DNA of 64,000 bases from a virus (lineage: Duplodnaviria; Caudoviricetes): the IMG/VR virus record IMGVR_UViG_2623620552_000001, positions 18,464 to 82,463 of that record; one strand, written 5' to 3'. The notes beneath the pieces were generated by a model that saw nothing but the letters and a program-made list of their open reading frames with translations, was not told where the DNA came from and ran no database searches. Shown piece after piece: positions 9,901 to 19,772 of the stretch. The position numbers and the translations under genes were made by a program. Positions within the stretch are counted from its first letter, which is position 1. Each line of letters starts with the position of its first letter.

Positions 9901-12507
9901 CGCTATGGCTGTTTCCTTCTTCACCTCCAACTCCTCAAAGGTAGCCTTCTTCCTGACGTGCAGGTTATCGACGGTCAAAGCACTTGAACCCGTGCCGTCA
10001 TCCGAGGTAAGACGGAATCCTGTGTCTGCGATGCCGTCACCCGTATAGTTGGAAGAACGGACGGTATTCATGATACCCTCTGCCGCCCTTAGTTCATCCT
10101 TTAATGTCAGGGAGTTCAAAGAGCCGTTGCCATCGGCATCGAAACCGAACAACCCCTTTGTCTTTATCCATAGTCCTTTGAGGAAACCTATCTCTCCTTG
10201 TGCGGTATCATTATCCGTCTTTGAGAGGAAACGGGTGTTTACATAGTCCTTTACGATATTCAGCACACCGCTTTCAGACATACCGCCACCTGTTCCGCTG
10301 CCACCACCAGAGATAAGCGTCTGCACCTGCTCTTTGAGTTGTGTCTGTGAGCCTTTGATGACCTCATTGCCTATCGTTATCTCCTGCTCGAAGTCATAGT
10401 CCATCTTAGTGACTATCTTCATTACACGGGTCAGCAACGGGTTCTCAGCGGTGTAGTTCACATTATCCGCATACCTTACCTGCTGTCCTATAAAGAGGTG
10501 TGAGTCACGTTCTCCTTGCTGCTCGTCCTCCCTGAACATCTCCTCAAAGGCTATGGGGTCGGACTTGAAAGTATATGAGTTGTTGTCGGTGAATAGGTTG
10601 TCGATATATTTCTCCGTCTCGCTCTCCAACTCCTTCTGCGCAGCCGTTTCAAAAGGCTTGTCGGCAGTGGTGTCCATGACAATGTTATAGAGGTTGACGA
10701 TATTTCCTAACAGTGAAGGCTCGTTAAGTCCTTTCGGGATGATGCCCTGTGACTTGGTGGTAGGCAGTATGTAGTCGTTCTGCTCTTGGAAGACTATCTC
10801 ATAGTAGTTCTCATCTACGGTGCTGCTTGCTCCTGTCAGCGCATCAACGATACCCGTATCTCCTTCTTCCGTCGGTGGAGTGTTGGCAACGGATATATAG
10901 TTCTCGCCCTCAATACCTAATGCTATCAGTCCAAAGCCATAGTTGCCATTATCCCCATCGCCACGTCCGGCGAGCGGTGATGTCTCGGCATTCGGTGTGG
11001 TGTTTGCCTTGAACTGCCCATAGAGGGATTTTCCGTCTATTATCTGCGAATACTCCACAGGGAAACGTGACTTGTCAACACCTGCGGCAAAGGCGATCTT
11101 CTTACCTTCAAAGATAGCATTCTGGAAAGCGGTAAGGTTGGCAAGGCTTGGCTCATCACGGTCATCTTCCGGTGTGTCGCCCGTATACTCAGCATAGAAA
11201 CGGCACTCCCCTTGGTTGAGATAAGACCCGTTGATATAACCTTTTATCGTGATGTTGTCTGCCGTGAGGCTCACGATATATGTTCCACCATAGGACTTTG
11301 ACTCATTTGTGAACAACGATGCGGTGGCATCTATGTCCAGGGTCATTTCGATATTATGATATGCCGTGCTGTTGATAAGGATTTTCTTGATGATGACACT
11401 CATGTCCCTTACCTCCGTAATGTCGTAGTCGTGCCATTCCGTTACCTCTCCCTCTGCGTTCTTCTCTGGATAAGCAAGACGCATATACCAAACGGCATAA
11501 CGCTTGTATACGGGGTTATTGTCTGCATCGTAATGGTCGATAACCTTCTCGTTATTGTCATCAAGGCGGTATCTCTCCCTATACTTTATATTATAAGCAT
11601 AGAGGTCAAGGTGTGGATACACATTCTCAAAGATAAGGCTCTTGACATAAGGCTTCATGCCGAGCAAGTCGAAATGCTCTTTGTCGTAGGTTATTATCTT
11701 ACCCTCACTGTCCCGCTCTCCTAATGAATATATAATACCATCGGAGTAGTCGTTTCTGTTCAGCGACAGGCGGACGTTAGCCTGTACATACTCTCCGCTT
11801 GCTGCCCGACGTGTGATGTTACGTGAAGAACCCTGTGCCTCGAAAGCGTTCCAGTAGCCATCTTTGGTGTTTCGTACCGATGGGATGCCGATATTCTTAT
11901 CAACCTCAAGAAGTAAAGGTTCTTCGCCTTTGCTGAACATGATATGGCCGAAATACAGGGTCTTGCGTTCCCAATCTATGTGCCACTCGCATTTCAATAG
12001 GTTGGCAACGTTCGATAGTGCCGAAAGGATATCCACGGTGGAGAATGTCGTATTTACCACGTTGTCAATCTCTCCGATGACCTGATAGCCGAAAGCCTGC
12101 TTACCCTCTAAGTGGTAGACAGCATTCATCTGGTCGCAGAAATACCCTAATAGCGTTTGTATATCACCAGTATACGGCCAGTCCAAAAGGTTTATGTCGT
12201 TAGCATCTGAATCTTTTGTGGGACGGGAGAACGTTACCTTTCCAAGATACATCTTAGGATGCTGGAAATGCGGCTCATAATGGAATTGTGCCCCGCTTTT
12301 CTGCTCTGGTTTATACGGCTCTAAGAGAGAGTAATGTAACCCGTCCTTGAAAGGTATGATATACGCATCTACGGGGATAACATCACATACCGCATCATCC
12401 CATGACAGTTTCACGAAGTCGGACTTCATCAGTTCCTCTTCGTGCTCTGCTGCTTTCGTGAGAATCACATCATGCAATCTATTCCCGTCTGCGTCGTATA
12501 ATACCAT
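6943..12507 (-). CDS. Tail tip / host-specificity protein
   Basis: 1854 aa directly after Dit and TMP; Bacteroidetes-phage tail-tip-like N-terminus, DIPAAGD..VQFGN segment and an Ala-rich coiled coil. Confidence 0.8.
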   Translation of the reverse strand: MVLYDADGNRLHDVILTKAAEHEEELMKSDFVKLSWDDAVCDVIPVDAYIIPFKDGLHYSLLEPYKPEQKSGAQFHYEPHFQHPKMYLGKVTFSRPTKDSDANDINLLDWPYTGDIQTLLGYFCDQMNAVYHLEGKQAFGYQVIGEIDNVVNTTFSTVDILSALSNVANLLKCEWHIDWERKTLYFGHIMFSKGEEPLLLEVDKNIGIPSVRNTKDGYWNAFEAQGSSRNITRRAASGEYVQANVRLSLNRNDYSDGIIYSLGERDSEGKIITYDKEHFDLLGMKPYVKSLIFENVYPHLDLYAYNIKYRERYRLDDNNEKVIDHYDADNNPVYKRYAVWYMRLAYPEKNAEGEVTEWHDYDITEVRDMSVIIKKILINSTAYHNIEMTLDIDATASLFTNESKSYGGTYIVSLTADNITIKGYINGSYLNQGECRFYAEYTGDTPEDDRDEPSLANLTAFQNAIFEGKKIAFAAGVDKSRFPVEYSQIIDGKSLYGQFKANTTPNAETSPLAGRGDGDNGNYGFGLIALGIEGENYISVANTPPTEEGDTGIVDALTGASSTVDENYYEIVFQEQNDYILPTTKSQGIIPKGLNEPSLLGNIVNLYNIVMDTTADKPFETAAQKELESETEKYIDNLFTDNNSYTFKSDPIAFEEMFREDEQQGERDSHLFIGQQVRYADNVNYTAENPLLTRVMKIVTKMDYDFEQEITIGNEVIKGSQTQLKEQVQTLISGGGSGTGGGMSESGVLNIVKDYVNTRFLSKTDNDTAQGEIGFLKGLWIKTKGLFGFDADGNGSLNSLTLKDELRAAEGIMNTVRSSNYTGDGIADTGFRLTSDDGTGSSALTVDNLHVRKKATFEELEVKKETAIAGNQVYSSAANIIVKTDFINESGEVVGYVYRQVPWLLKKMPFLLKGVFFGRNRKTKKTITSEELKDVKAFRLYFLAEDDDREIDNMWAIGDLARCQTINMKSSKRNTYVEGSSKIGNVYWWRKVIRVSSNTEEPSENPDTTHCQPALIDGKVYHWFDVSNVDGGYDEGSDIPAAGDHVVQFGNDRTTNRQNIITLDVSNADSPALKFYHDINDFSLANKRIIGLLYNPNTGVPIIEDYGDAFIGARDNSTYIKYDSLNKLLEVKARISAQSTIGNQALDTYINNLITAITDDIELQLDKKAETWYQNADPSSAWNTDELKAEHVGDLWYKTGNGTTWYYKDKGQGASPRYDWEQQNIPQSVFDTIDGKSNIYVNWGAWGNNLHVRDLFIPNDNTTQSGVVYKKGKVYRCTNVSPVTFEEIDYTDDSALNDFKANQYVQALTGGQISQGISNAAGAAATAQSAAETAQSAANEAATAASNAANAASAAQTSANTANNRLNNWASDGKISPQEKTSLKQQKNDIVQEYSQICSEADKYSVSKTAFVTAYGNAITAFDKYTASSPEDITIESDYENISAYYTARTTIMNAIATAAKKVADDAQAAADDAYSLAKGAKNKVDLLDTIKDALNGATLIDGGLLLTSLIALRHYKGTGDKEDVENYNTYGGMNGIYLNDSTIAAWFGGSMEDRYNSSTQTYDTTNSGKATSLFRMDGSGYFARGNFNWDNAGNVNVKNGYFEGKVTSIAEGKGRWEIAPSAYHTATTSIAIPTITGYDKDGRSKIKILFDGDSGDGIDISYGGGLFFVKQESGIDKVDGGYFRNYWRTQSSENSSFIDAFYNSFYPIIESQYPKDNNTRYTLKVGSDDSGACLYSNSWPTRNEAYPEGRVYVDDWGYLKVLDTKNYDRINIRTKSFTLPKDPPVGTIFIIKNMSDSMILKASSNAYVLNGSDDVALIEPGEAYTWNDRTSALLFYLGDIPTYGKCWSMIYSN

Positions 12508-12511
12508 TTTC

Positions 12512-12958
12512 TTATAATGTTATCCTATCTTTCGGATTCGGTTCCGTTAAACTGAGTGTAAAGGTAGCCTTTTTATTTCTATACTCTTGCTTTGGTTGGA
12601 TGTCTTTATAAACAAGTTTGAAGATGCGGTATTTTGAAGGTATCTTTAAGTAAAACATTCCATTCGATAACTTATCAATGAATGCTTCTAAGTTATCAAC
12701 AAAATCTCTCTCTGTATCCGCTTCAAAAAGGACTTCTAATGATACTGTATTCTCTGCGAGTTTAGAGTACTCTGCTTTTGCAAGGTATCTTGTTCCATGT
12801 TCTAAGCGGCTTGTATTTGTAACATACTCTTTTGCTTTTCCGTTGCAAAGCAACTTGTAATAACCGCCTTTAATAAATGATACGCCATATTGCTCAAAGA
12901 TGTCGATGTAAGCGGAATCGTCCTCTGTTGGCAGTTTAATAAATGCACTATTCTTCAT
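12512..12958 (-). CDS. Distal tail protein (Dit)-like
   Basis: 148 aa between TMP and tail tip; ends LTEPNPKDR. Confidence 0.7.
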   Translation of the reverse strand: MKNSAFIKLPTEDDSAYIDIFEQYGVSFIKGGYYKLLCNGKAKEYVTNTSRLEHGTRYLAKAEYSKLAENTVSLEVLFEADTERDFVDNLEAFIDKLSNGMFYLKIPSKYRIFKLVYKDIQPKQEYRNKKATFTLSLTEPNPKDRITL

Positions 12959-12970
12959 ATACGGATATTT

Positions 12971-15900
12971 TTATTGTTCGTCAATTTTCTTCCTCATTCT
13001 TACTACCTCGTCGTACATTTCGGGTAATACCCTGGTATTCTCGCTAATTTCGGCAAGATGTGAGTTCATAAGGCCTTGCGTTTCCACCATAGACTGAACA
13101 CCCTCACTGATATTTACTACTCTTGCTCTTGTTTCTCTTATATTGTCGCCTATATCTGTAAGGAGTTCGGTGTGTATCATTGTTTCCGAAAGAGTCTGCT
13201 CTAAGAGAATGGTATGATTCAGTCCGATACCAACAAGGCTGTCTGCTTGGTCGTAGGAAATGTTCTGTATAGAGTTTGCCGTAGCGGATTGTTGGCTACG
13301 AGCATTCTCAATCCTGTCTATGCCTAACTCTCTTAACTGTTCTATTTGGCTGATACCCGAATCAATAACACTTTGGTAACCTCTGTAAAAAGCATCATTC
13401 GCCTCTTGCAAAGCCTTTTTGTCGTTGTTTGCGTTAGCAGCCGATACACTCTTATACCAAGTATCATAGAGAACCTTTAGTTGGTCTTTAAGATTCTGTG
13501 CTACAAGGTTGTTGATAAGCATCCTGTTAACCATCTTCTGCCAACTCTCTGCTATGCTGTCGGTTACATCTTCTACACCATCAGCATAGTCGTAGAGATG
13601 GTTTATCATATCGTCAAAAAGGCTATCAAATGAAGTAGTAAGCATTATCTCGGAAAGTTTCTCCGATGCTTCCTCCATCTCATCGGCGAGGTCAGCCCAT
13701 GCGTTAGCAGCTTTTGAGATACGTCCTTCGTCGTCCCATCCTGTATTAGCAATCTGAAACCATAGTTCTGCGGCTTCGGCATTTCCTTCTTCGGCAAGAC
13801 GACGCAACTCTGCGAGTTTCTTCGCACCTTCATTACCCATCTTAGAAAGTTGTTCAAACAGCCCTTGCCATGCTGTACCATATTCGCCTTCTGATAAGCC
13901 AAGCAAGTTCCTTATTCGCCATACATATCCTCCTTCTCCTTCACCTCCATTCTCGTTTCTATAATACCATTCGCGATGTCGGCGACCATAATAACCCCAA
14001 CCAGCTTCTTGTATCTGACGGTTATACTGTGCAGATTTATTAATGAACTTCTCTAGCAAATCCTCATACTTTGATAATGCGCTTGCACCATAACTTTCTG
14101 ACATCTCGTCAGAAATACGCTTTACACTCTTGTCGATACTTTCAAGGATAGTGTTAGAAGCCTTAATTTCTGCGTCAACTTGCGCTCTTGTATCTTTCGA
14201 GCCAAACCATGAGTCAAAGCCACCAAATGTAACAGCGTTAAGGATATTTCCTATACCTTTCGTTAACGAGCCTGTTATCTGTCCTACAAAATCAAGCGAT
14301 AGAACATTGTCTAAGATACCTGCAACGGCATTTAGAACAGTATCTATGAGATTCGAAATAAGTGTTCCTATTCCGTCTTTTAATATATCAAGAATAGATA
14401 GGATAGCGGAGATTAGTTGTCCGATAAACCCGGCATTGCTAAGAGTGTCGGACAACTTGCTAACAGCCTTTCCTACCTCTCCACCGATATTCAGTTTAGA
14501 GAGGCCATTAAGCATATTCTGAATGCCTTGAAAAGCACCAGAAAGCGTATTGTCGGCAAATCCTCTAAGGCCGTCGGCTACTAAGTTAAGTCCGTCAACG
14601 GTATCTTCTTCTGATTCTCTAAGGCCGTTAGCAAGGTTCTGAACCGCTGTTTGCTGAACTCTAACAGACTCGCTCGCAGCAGTGGCAACTTTTTCCGCTA
14701 AATCAAGACTTATCTTTGCATTTTCAATCTCGGCTTTATTACCAGAATCTAATGCTTTCTTATATCTTTCTTTTGCTTTTTCAAGGTGCTCGGTAGATGT
14801 TATCTCGGCATTCTTTGCTTGTTGGAGCCTATTAATAGCAGCACCAAGACTATCCATCTGCTTCTTTATAGAAGAGAAATTCAGTGTACCTCTGCCCTCA
14901 CCCGTTAGCCCTTTTAATTTTGTTATAGCATCATAGACTACTTTTTGGTCGGCTTCATTCTTCTTTGCAAAACTCGGCTCTCTTACATATTGACGCAGTT
15001 TCTCCAAAGTGGTTCTGAGTTGGTCTCCTAAAAGGTTTGTAAACCCGCCAAGAACAGATTGCCAATCAATACTCTGTTGTAGAGCACTCATATTGACAGC
15101 ATTCTTCTTGCTATTCTCCTCTGCCTTCAACCTAAGAACCTCTCCTTTAAGACCGAGGGCTTCTGCTTTTGCAATCATCTTAGCATACTTCTCAGTAATG
15201 GCAAGTTTTTGTTGTTGGAACGTACCATACTCTATTAGGTATTCTCGCATTGATTGAATTTGCTGTTGCAATTCATTATTCTGCTGACGGGCAATAGTAA
15301 ACTCCTCTAACTTCTTATATTGCTCTTTTATAGCATTAATAGCACTTTGGTCTAACTTTGTTTCATCCCATTGCTCAGGTTTGCCTCCGCGTGCTTTGAT
15401 TATCTTCTCTTGTGCTTCAAACTCGGCTTTTTGACGGGCTCGCTCTGCTTCAATAGCAGCTTTTCGCTGTTCTGCTAACTGCTCTAGTTCTTTTTCAAAG
15501 GAACGATTCTTCTCAGCAAGAACCTTGTCGGCTCCGTCTTTCATTGCAGCAATACGAGCATCAGTGATTCTTTGCTCCATATCCTGCTCTGCTTTTGCTC
15601 TAGCAACGACATTCTTATGGATAATCTCTTCTAACCTTGCCTCGGATTCATCTATCTGCTGTTGCTGACGGGCATCTTTCTTCCCTGCGTTAGCCATTGC
15701 TTTGAGGTTGGACTGTTGCATACGAACAAGCATTCGTGTTGAAGCAGCCCTCTGTGCTTCTAAGGCATAAACAGCGCCTTGTGCTTCTCTTTCTTTTGCA
15801 TAACTTTCGATAGACATTGTATGAAGAGCGTTACGCTCTTTTGTTATGCGGAGAAGTTCTTTCTGAGCCTTAATCTGCCCATCATACTTCTCTTTAAGCA

Positions 15901-18028
15901 TATTCTTTACAAGTTCTATCTGAGCGTCCTTCTCCTTACCTGTGAGGGTGTATATCTTTTCACGCTCTCTGGCAATATCTATTTCAAGTTGTTTTTCTTT
16001 TACCTTGGCTTCAGAAAGTGCTTTCTGTGCGTTAAGTTCTTGTTCTGCTAACTGTGCGGCTTTCTTTGCTCTGCCAAACATATCGGCACCGATAGCACCG
16101 AGGTCAGCTGACCAACCTTGACTAATACCTTCGCCTAAGAGTTTAACTGTTCCTTTTGCTGCTCCGGCAAGAGTGTCCCAACCTGATTTGAGAGTATCAA
16201 CTACCGAGGTGCCTGCTTTCTTTAAATCCTCCCATCCGTTTTTTATTCCTTCTATGGCTTTCTTTGCTTCTGCGACATTCGCTCCTGACGCTATAAGGTC
16301 TATAACGCCTTTGGCAATCTGACCTACACCTGAAAGTGTCTTAGCGACGGCTTTAAGAGGATTAATGACTAAGCCTATTAATCCTTTGCCAAATTGGTTT
16401 AATGCACCTTGTGGGTCGGCGAAAGCGTGGTAAAGATATTTGCCTATCTTTACCGCTATATCCATAAGAGAGGAAAGCAGACTACCGAGATAGGCTGTAA
16501 TCTTAGCAAACGCACGCTGACCTTCCGCATCTTTTTTAAACCACGCAAATATTGCTTGTAATGCTAATACAATAGCACTAAGGACTGCTCCGATAGGTGT
16601 CGCAGCCATCGCCCATAAGGCTTTGGTGAATGCAACGGCACCTCCAGTTGCTGCTGTAAAAGGTGCAACCAGACCGCTAAGAGCGGTTTTCATGTTACCC
16701 AATGAATCTTGGAACTTGCCATTTCTTGTGATTGCATCTACGACACTATTCTTCCATTTTGCGAGGTAGCCACCTGCCCTACCTTCTTCCGACATCTCTT
16801 TCTTTGTGTCGGCAATCTCCTTCTTGAGATTGTTAATCTTTTCTAGAAGTTCTTGTGCTTTCTTAGATTGTTGGTCAAACCCTTGTTTCTCGGCTAACTT
16901 GTCATACTCCTCTTGAAGGGACGCATGCTCTTTCTTAAGGTTCTGTAATCTGTTATGTAACTCGTTAACAGCATTCCATTGTTCTTTGAAAGATGACGAT
17001 GCGGATTGCGAGGACTGATTTTCCTCGTTCTGAGCAGCAGACACTTGTTCCGTAGTAGACAAGAGTCTTGCTTTTGCATCCCTTAATTCATTGAGAGTGT
17101 TGCTATATAGTACGGCTTTCTGCTGTGCCTCTACATAGTCCGCTGACGTTATGTATTCATTCCACTCCTCTCGGCGCTCTCCTTTCTCACCTACGAAGTT
17201 AGTTGTCTTTGCGTTTTCGGCATTGTACAACTCCTGTATCTTAGCAATCAACTCATCGTATTTCTGGATAGCCTTCTGAATATCTCCGTCTTTTGAGAGT
17301 TCTTGGTTTATACTCTCTATCTCCTTATGGAATGGTTGTAGTGCGTCAATAGCCTCTTTTTGGGCTGCCGTTAACTGTTTTTTGCTTTCAACGTTTTCTT
17401 TGGTGGCTTCCGTTTCTTTTGTCATTTCGGAAGCATTAGCAGCGTGCGCACCTGCTTCTACGACAGTAGCAGCAGTTACCGCACCATGAGCGACAGCATT
17501 AGCTGCCGTGCTTACGTTTGCCACACCGAGCATAGAAACGAGTCCGTTATAACCTGCCTCCATTTGCTGAACAACAGCATACTGAGCCTGATAAGCATTG
17601 GTATTGTTATGTATCTGCTGCTCTACACCTGCAATAGAGGTTTTTAACTGATTATACTTCTCTGAGCCTATGACTGAGCCACTTAACTGAGTATTCAGCT
17701 TTGCGAGTTCTTTTTCAAGGTTTGCTGTCGCTGATTCAGTCTGTTGCATCGCTTCTTTGGCAAGACGTATTTGCTCTGGATAGTTTGCAAGTGCCGCTTT
17801 TGCTTCTTCGGTAGCCTGAGCAAACACCTCCATAGCCCGCTTTTGTTTCGTTGCGCTGTCGTCAGTAGACTGTGCTATCTCACGCATTGCATCGCTTACA
17901 CGCTTGCTAAGTGCATCGGTCTTTATGCCAATCTTATCGAGATTGTTTATCATCTCGTTTATAGAGCGGTCTATGTCTGATATATCAAGGTGTCCGCTTA
18001 TACCAAGTATTTCGTCGTTTGCTGCCAT
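12971..18028 (-). CDS. Tape measure protein
   Basis: About 1685 aa, helical/coiled-coil with hydrophobic Gly/Ala patches. Start moved to ATG 18028 (MAANDEILG), just downstream of the promoter at 18054-18062. Confidence 0.88.
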   Translation of the reverse strand: MAANDEILGISGHLDISDIDRSINEMINNLDKIGIKTDALSKRVSDAMREIAQSTDDSATKQKRAMEVFAQATEEAKAALANYPEQIRLAKEAMQQTESATANLEKELAKLNTQLSGSVIGSEKYNQLKTSIAGVEQQIHNNTNAYQAQYAVVQQMEAGYNGLVSMLGVANVSTAANAVAHGAVTAATVVEAGAHAANASEMTKETEATKENVESKKQLTAAQKEAIDALQPFHKEIESINQELSKDGDIQKAIQKYDELIAKIQELYNAENAKTTNFVGEKGERREEWNEYITSADYVEAQQKAVLYSNTLNELRDAKARLLSTTEQVSAAQNEENQSSQSASSSFKEQWNAVNELHNRLQNLKKEHASLQEEYDKLAEKQGFDQQSKKAQELLEKINNLKKEIADTKKEMSEEGRAGGYLAKWKNSVVDAITRNGKFQDSLGNMKTALSGLVAPFTAATGGAVAFTKALWAMAATPIGAVLSAIVLALQAIFAWFKKDAEGQRAFAKITAYLGSLLSSLMDIAVKIGKYLYHAFADPQGALNQFGKGLIGLVINPLKAVAKTLSGVGQIAKGVIDLIASGANVAEAKKAIEGIKNGWEDLKKAGTSVVDTLKSGWDTLAGAAKGTVKLLGEGISQGWSADLGAIGADMFGRAKKAAQLAEQELNAQKALSEAKVKEKQLEIDIAREREKIYTLTGKEKDAQIELVKNMLKEKYDGQIKAQKELLRITKERNALHTMSIESYAKEREAQGAVYALEAQRAASTRMLVRMQQSNLKAMANAGKKDARQQQQIDESEARLEEIIHKNVVARAKAEQDMEQRITDARIAAMKDGADKVLAEKNRSFEKELEQLAEQRKAAIEAERARQKAEFEAQEKIIKARGGKPEQWDETKLDQSAINAIKEQYKKLEEFTIARQQNNELQQQIQSMREYLIEYGTFQQQKLAITEKYAKMIAKAEALGLKGEVLRLKAEENSKKNAVNMSALQQSIDWQSVLGGFTNLLGDQLRTTLEKLRQYVREPSFAKKNEADQKVVYDAITKLKGLTGEGRGTLNFSSIKKQMDSLGAAINRLQQAKNAEITSTEHLEKAKERYKKALDSGNKAEIENAKISLDLAEKVATAASESVRVQQTAVQNLANGLRESEEDTVDGLNLVADGLRGFADNTLSGAFQGIQNMLNGLSKLNIGGEVGKAVSKLSDTLSNAGFIGQLISAILSILDILKDGIGTLISNLIDTVLNAVAGILDNVLSLDFVGQITGSLTKGIGNILNAVTFGGFDSWFGSKDTRAQVDAEIKASNTILESIDKSVKRISDEMSESYGASALSKYEDLLEKFINKSAQYNRQIQEAGWGYYGRRHREWYYRNENGGEGEGGYVWRIRNLLGLSEGEYGTAWQGLFEQLSKMGNEGAKKLAELRRLAEEGNAEAAELWFQIANTGWDDEGRISKAANAWADLADEMEEASEKLSEIMLTTSFDSLFDDMINHLYDYADGVEDVTDSIAESWQKMVNRMLINNLVAQNLKDQLKVLYDTWYKSVSAANANNDKKALQEANDAFYRGYQSVIDSGISQIEQLRELGIDRIENARSQQSATANSIQNISYDQADSLVGIGLNHTILLEQTLSETMIHTELLTDIGDNIRETRARVVNISEGVQSMVETQGLMNSHLAEISENTRVLPEMYDEVVRMRKKIDEQ

Positions 18029-18053
18029 ATTTCTATATTTTTGCGATTTTATC

Positions 18054-18113
18054 GCAAATTTAAGGCTTCTCACGGCGTTTTGGAAATGTTCGAGTATAAG
18101 TATATAAACAAGT
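18054..18113 (-). promoter_or_regulatory. Putative late promoter for TMP: ACTTGTTTA-N42-TAAATTTGC
   Basis: -7 box at 18054-18062 and upstream 9-mer at 18105-18113; the same geometry recurs at six other promoters. Confidence 0.7.
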
Positions 18114-18158
18114 AGCAAAACGCTGTTAGATTGCGTTAAAATAAGTCTTAGGCGGTTT

Positions 18159-18217
18159 ACTTGTTTACTTTGATAAAGTCTAATTTGACTTTATTATAGT
18201 AATATGGTGTACTTTTG
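18159..18217 (+). promoter_or_regulatory. Putative late promoter for the HTH gene leader: ACTTGTTTA-N42-TACTTTTG
   Basis: 9-mer at 18159-18167, -7 box at 18210-18217. Confidence 0.65.
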
Positions 18218-18221
18218 TGAC

Positions 18222-18389
18222 GTAGTGCTTTGGAGAAGTTATATGTAAAGTCCCCCGGCACTACAGAAAGATGCTTCACTAACTTTCAATAGAATTGCCC
18301 TCCGAGGAGGTGCCGAGGGACCGTGTATGTCCTTGCCACTCGCCGGAAGGCAGATAATTCTATTTGTTAGTGAAGCGAGTGCAAATTTA
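18222..18389. ncRNA. Structured 5' leader with overlapping antisense RNA candidate
   Basis: Long hairpin (gcttcactaac 18273-18283 with gttagtgaagc 18366-18376; aatagaatt/aattctatt), alternative pairing 18250-18261 with 18310-18321, and a - strand TAAATTTGC box at 18381-18389. Confidence 0.55.
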
Positions 18390-18406
18390 CTAACTTTAAG
18401 TGATTT

Positions 18407-18646
18407 GTGCAAATGAAAAAGGTTTTATTTTTGAAATTAAACGCTGAAATGTTAAAACTGATGTCAAAATGTGGCCTCAGAGAAGATGACTATAAGTACA
18501 TAAGAGCGTTTGAAGAGTACACTTTCTTAAGGAACGAGAATCAGAAAGTCGATGTCATACTTATGGAACTTTCTAAGAAGTATAGAGTATCTGAAAGCAC
18601 TCTAAAAAGGGCTTTTCGCAGGCTCTCAGGTGAGGTCAGATACTGA
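18407..18646 (+). CDS. Small HTH DNA-binding protein (start may be ATG 18413)
   Basis: C-terminal LSKKYRVSESTLKRAFRRL helix-turn-helix pattern. Confidence 0.75.
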   Translation: MQMKKVLFLKLNAEMLKLMSKCGLREDDYKYIRAFEEYTFLRNENQKVDVILMELSKKYRVSESTLKRAFRRLSGEVRY

Positions 18647-18700
18647 CCTTTGGAATATTATACTTTTGTTGTTTCTTGCCGTTATTCTGTCTAATTTTGC
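18633..18700 (+). promoter_or_regulatory. Palindromic operator AGGTCAG-ATA-CTGACCT plus TAATTTTGC promoter of the Cys-rich operon
   Basis: Perfect 7-3-7 inverted repeat at 18633-18649, ending 42 nt before the -7 box at 18692. Confidence 0.65.
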
Positions 18701-18757
18701 CTCTGTCAAGGTATTGACACAGGTAACATTAGTATTAACAATTTAATTTCTACAACT

Positions 18758-19315
18758 ATGGCATTAGAAATGAATGATTTGATGATGCTGCGAGGTATGG
18801 ATAAGGAAGGGCTTTCTCCTTACGAGCAGTACAAGGTTGGTTTCATGCAACAGAAGAATCACACAAGTGGTATCGGAGTTGCGGGTTTAGTTCTCGGTAC
18901 GGTAGGTACAGCCGCAGCCGTTGGTGCTTGGATTTTCGGTCCGATGTATGGTAATGCAAAGGCTAACCAGGCAAAAGAGGTTGCTAACTCTGCAAAGGAA
19001 CTTGCCAATGTACAGATTGCTGCAAGTCAGCGTCAGCTTGACCAGTTGACAAGTCTGCTTGCATCGGAGCGTAGTGAACGTTTGCAAGGCGACTACACCA
19101 TCAGCCAGACTATCACCGACACTGTTAGCGGTCAGCAGGCTTCAAACCTCACCGCACAGCAGGCCGCAGAGTTGTCTGCCGTGAACTCTGTAATGCAACA
19201 GACCTATTCCGACTTCGTGACAGGTCGTGCCTCTCTGAACCCCACTCCTGTAAGTTTGTACTCGGCTCCCCAGCCTTGTGCTTGCCCCGCAAGTGGATGC
19301 GGTTGTAACGGCTAA
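18758..19315 (+). CDS. Hypothetical protein: Gly-rich hydrophobic segment, coiled coil and Cys-rich tail
   Basis: 185 aa; GIGVAGLVLGTVGTAAAVGAW, ending PQPCACPASGCGCNG. Confidence 0.85.
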   Translation: MALEMNDLMMLRGMDKEGLSPYEQYKVGFMQQKNHTSGIGVAGLVLGTVGTAAAVGAWIFGPMYGNAKANQAKEVANSAKELANVQIAASQRQLDQLTSLLASERSERLQGDYTISQTITDTVSGQQASNLTAQQAAELSAVNSVMQQTYSDFVTGRASLNPTPVSLYSAPQPCACPASGCGCNG

Positions 19316-19324
19316 AAATGGCAA

Positions 19325-19366
19325 TGGGTGTACTTAGGTATTTTCAGGTACTTTTAGGTACACCCT
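19325..19366 (+). terminator. Intergenic hairpin with 10-bp periodic aggta repeats
   Basis: gggtgtacttag...ttaggtacaccc inverted repeat right after the 185-aa gene. Confidence 0.5.
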
Positions 19367-19393
19367 CATTTTCAACAACTTAGAACACGGCAA

Positions 19394-19753
19394 ATGTTAT
19401 GGTTTACAAACAAAAAGAAACGATTGGAGATGATGCAAGGAATAAGACCAACGAGTAAGGCAACGCTGAAATTGCAATGTTTGTTCTGTTGCAAGGGAGA
19501 TATTGACGAGGCTATGAAACTCTATGACTACTTTGCTAAGGATATGCCCGAACTTCCCGACTACGACCCTGTACAGCCAACATGGATGGATAACACCAAA
19601 GAAACTGTAAATGGTCTTATGGGATGGCTTAGAGAAAATCAAGACACTCTGGCACAAGGGTATGACTTTATTCGTGGAATAATCCAGAGCAGGCAACTGC
19701 CACCGATAACTCCCGAAACACCGTCAGCACCACTACCACCAATCAACGAGTAA
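19394..19753 (+). CDS. Hypothetical protein
   Basis: 119 aa; CLFCCKGDIDEA motif and Pro-rich C-terminus. Confidence 0.8.
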   Translation: MLWFTNKKKRLEMMQGIRPTSKATLKLQCLFCCKGDIDEAMKLYDYFAKDMPELPDYDPVQPTWMDNTKETVNGLMGWLRENQDTLAQGYDFIRGIIQSRQLPPITPETPSAPLPPINE

Positions 19754-19772
19754 TTACTAACACGGCAAGAAT

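Noticed and set aside
3552-12507. A second DGR variable repeat in other tail genes
   Set aside because: No other C-terminus resembles the TR-encoded pattern by eye; a BLASTN of the TR would be needed to exclude remote targets.
159-17980. Numerous + strand ORFs over the RT, tail and TMP genes
   Set aside because: They are antisense shadows of well-supported - strand genes, with no motifs or start context.
18029-18118. N-terminal extension of the tape measure ORF
   Set aside because: It overlaps the promoter elements; ATG 18028 is the better start.
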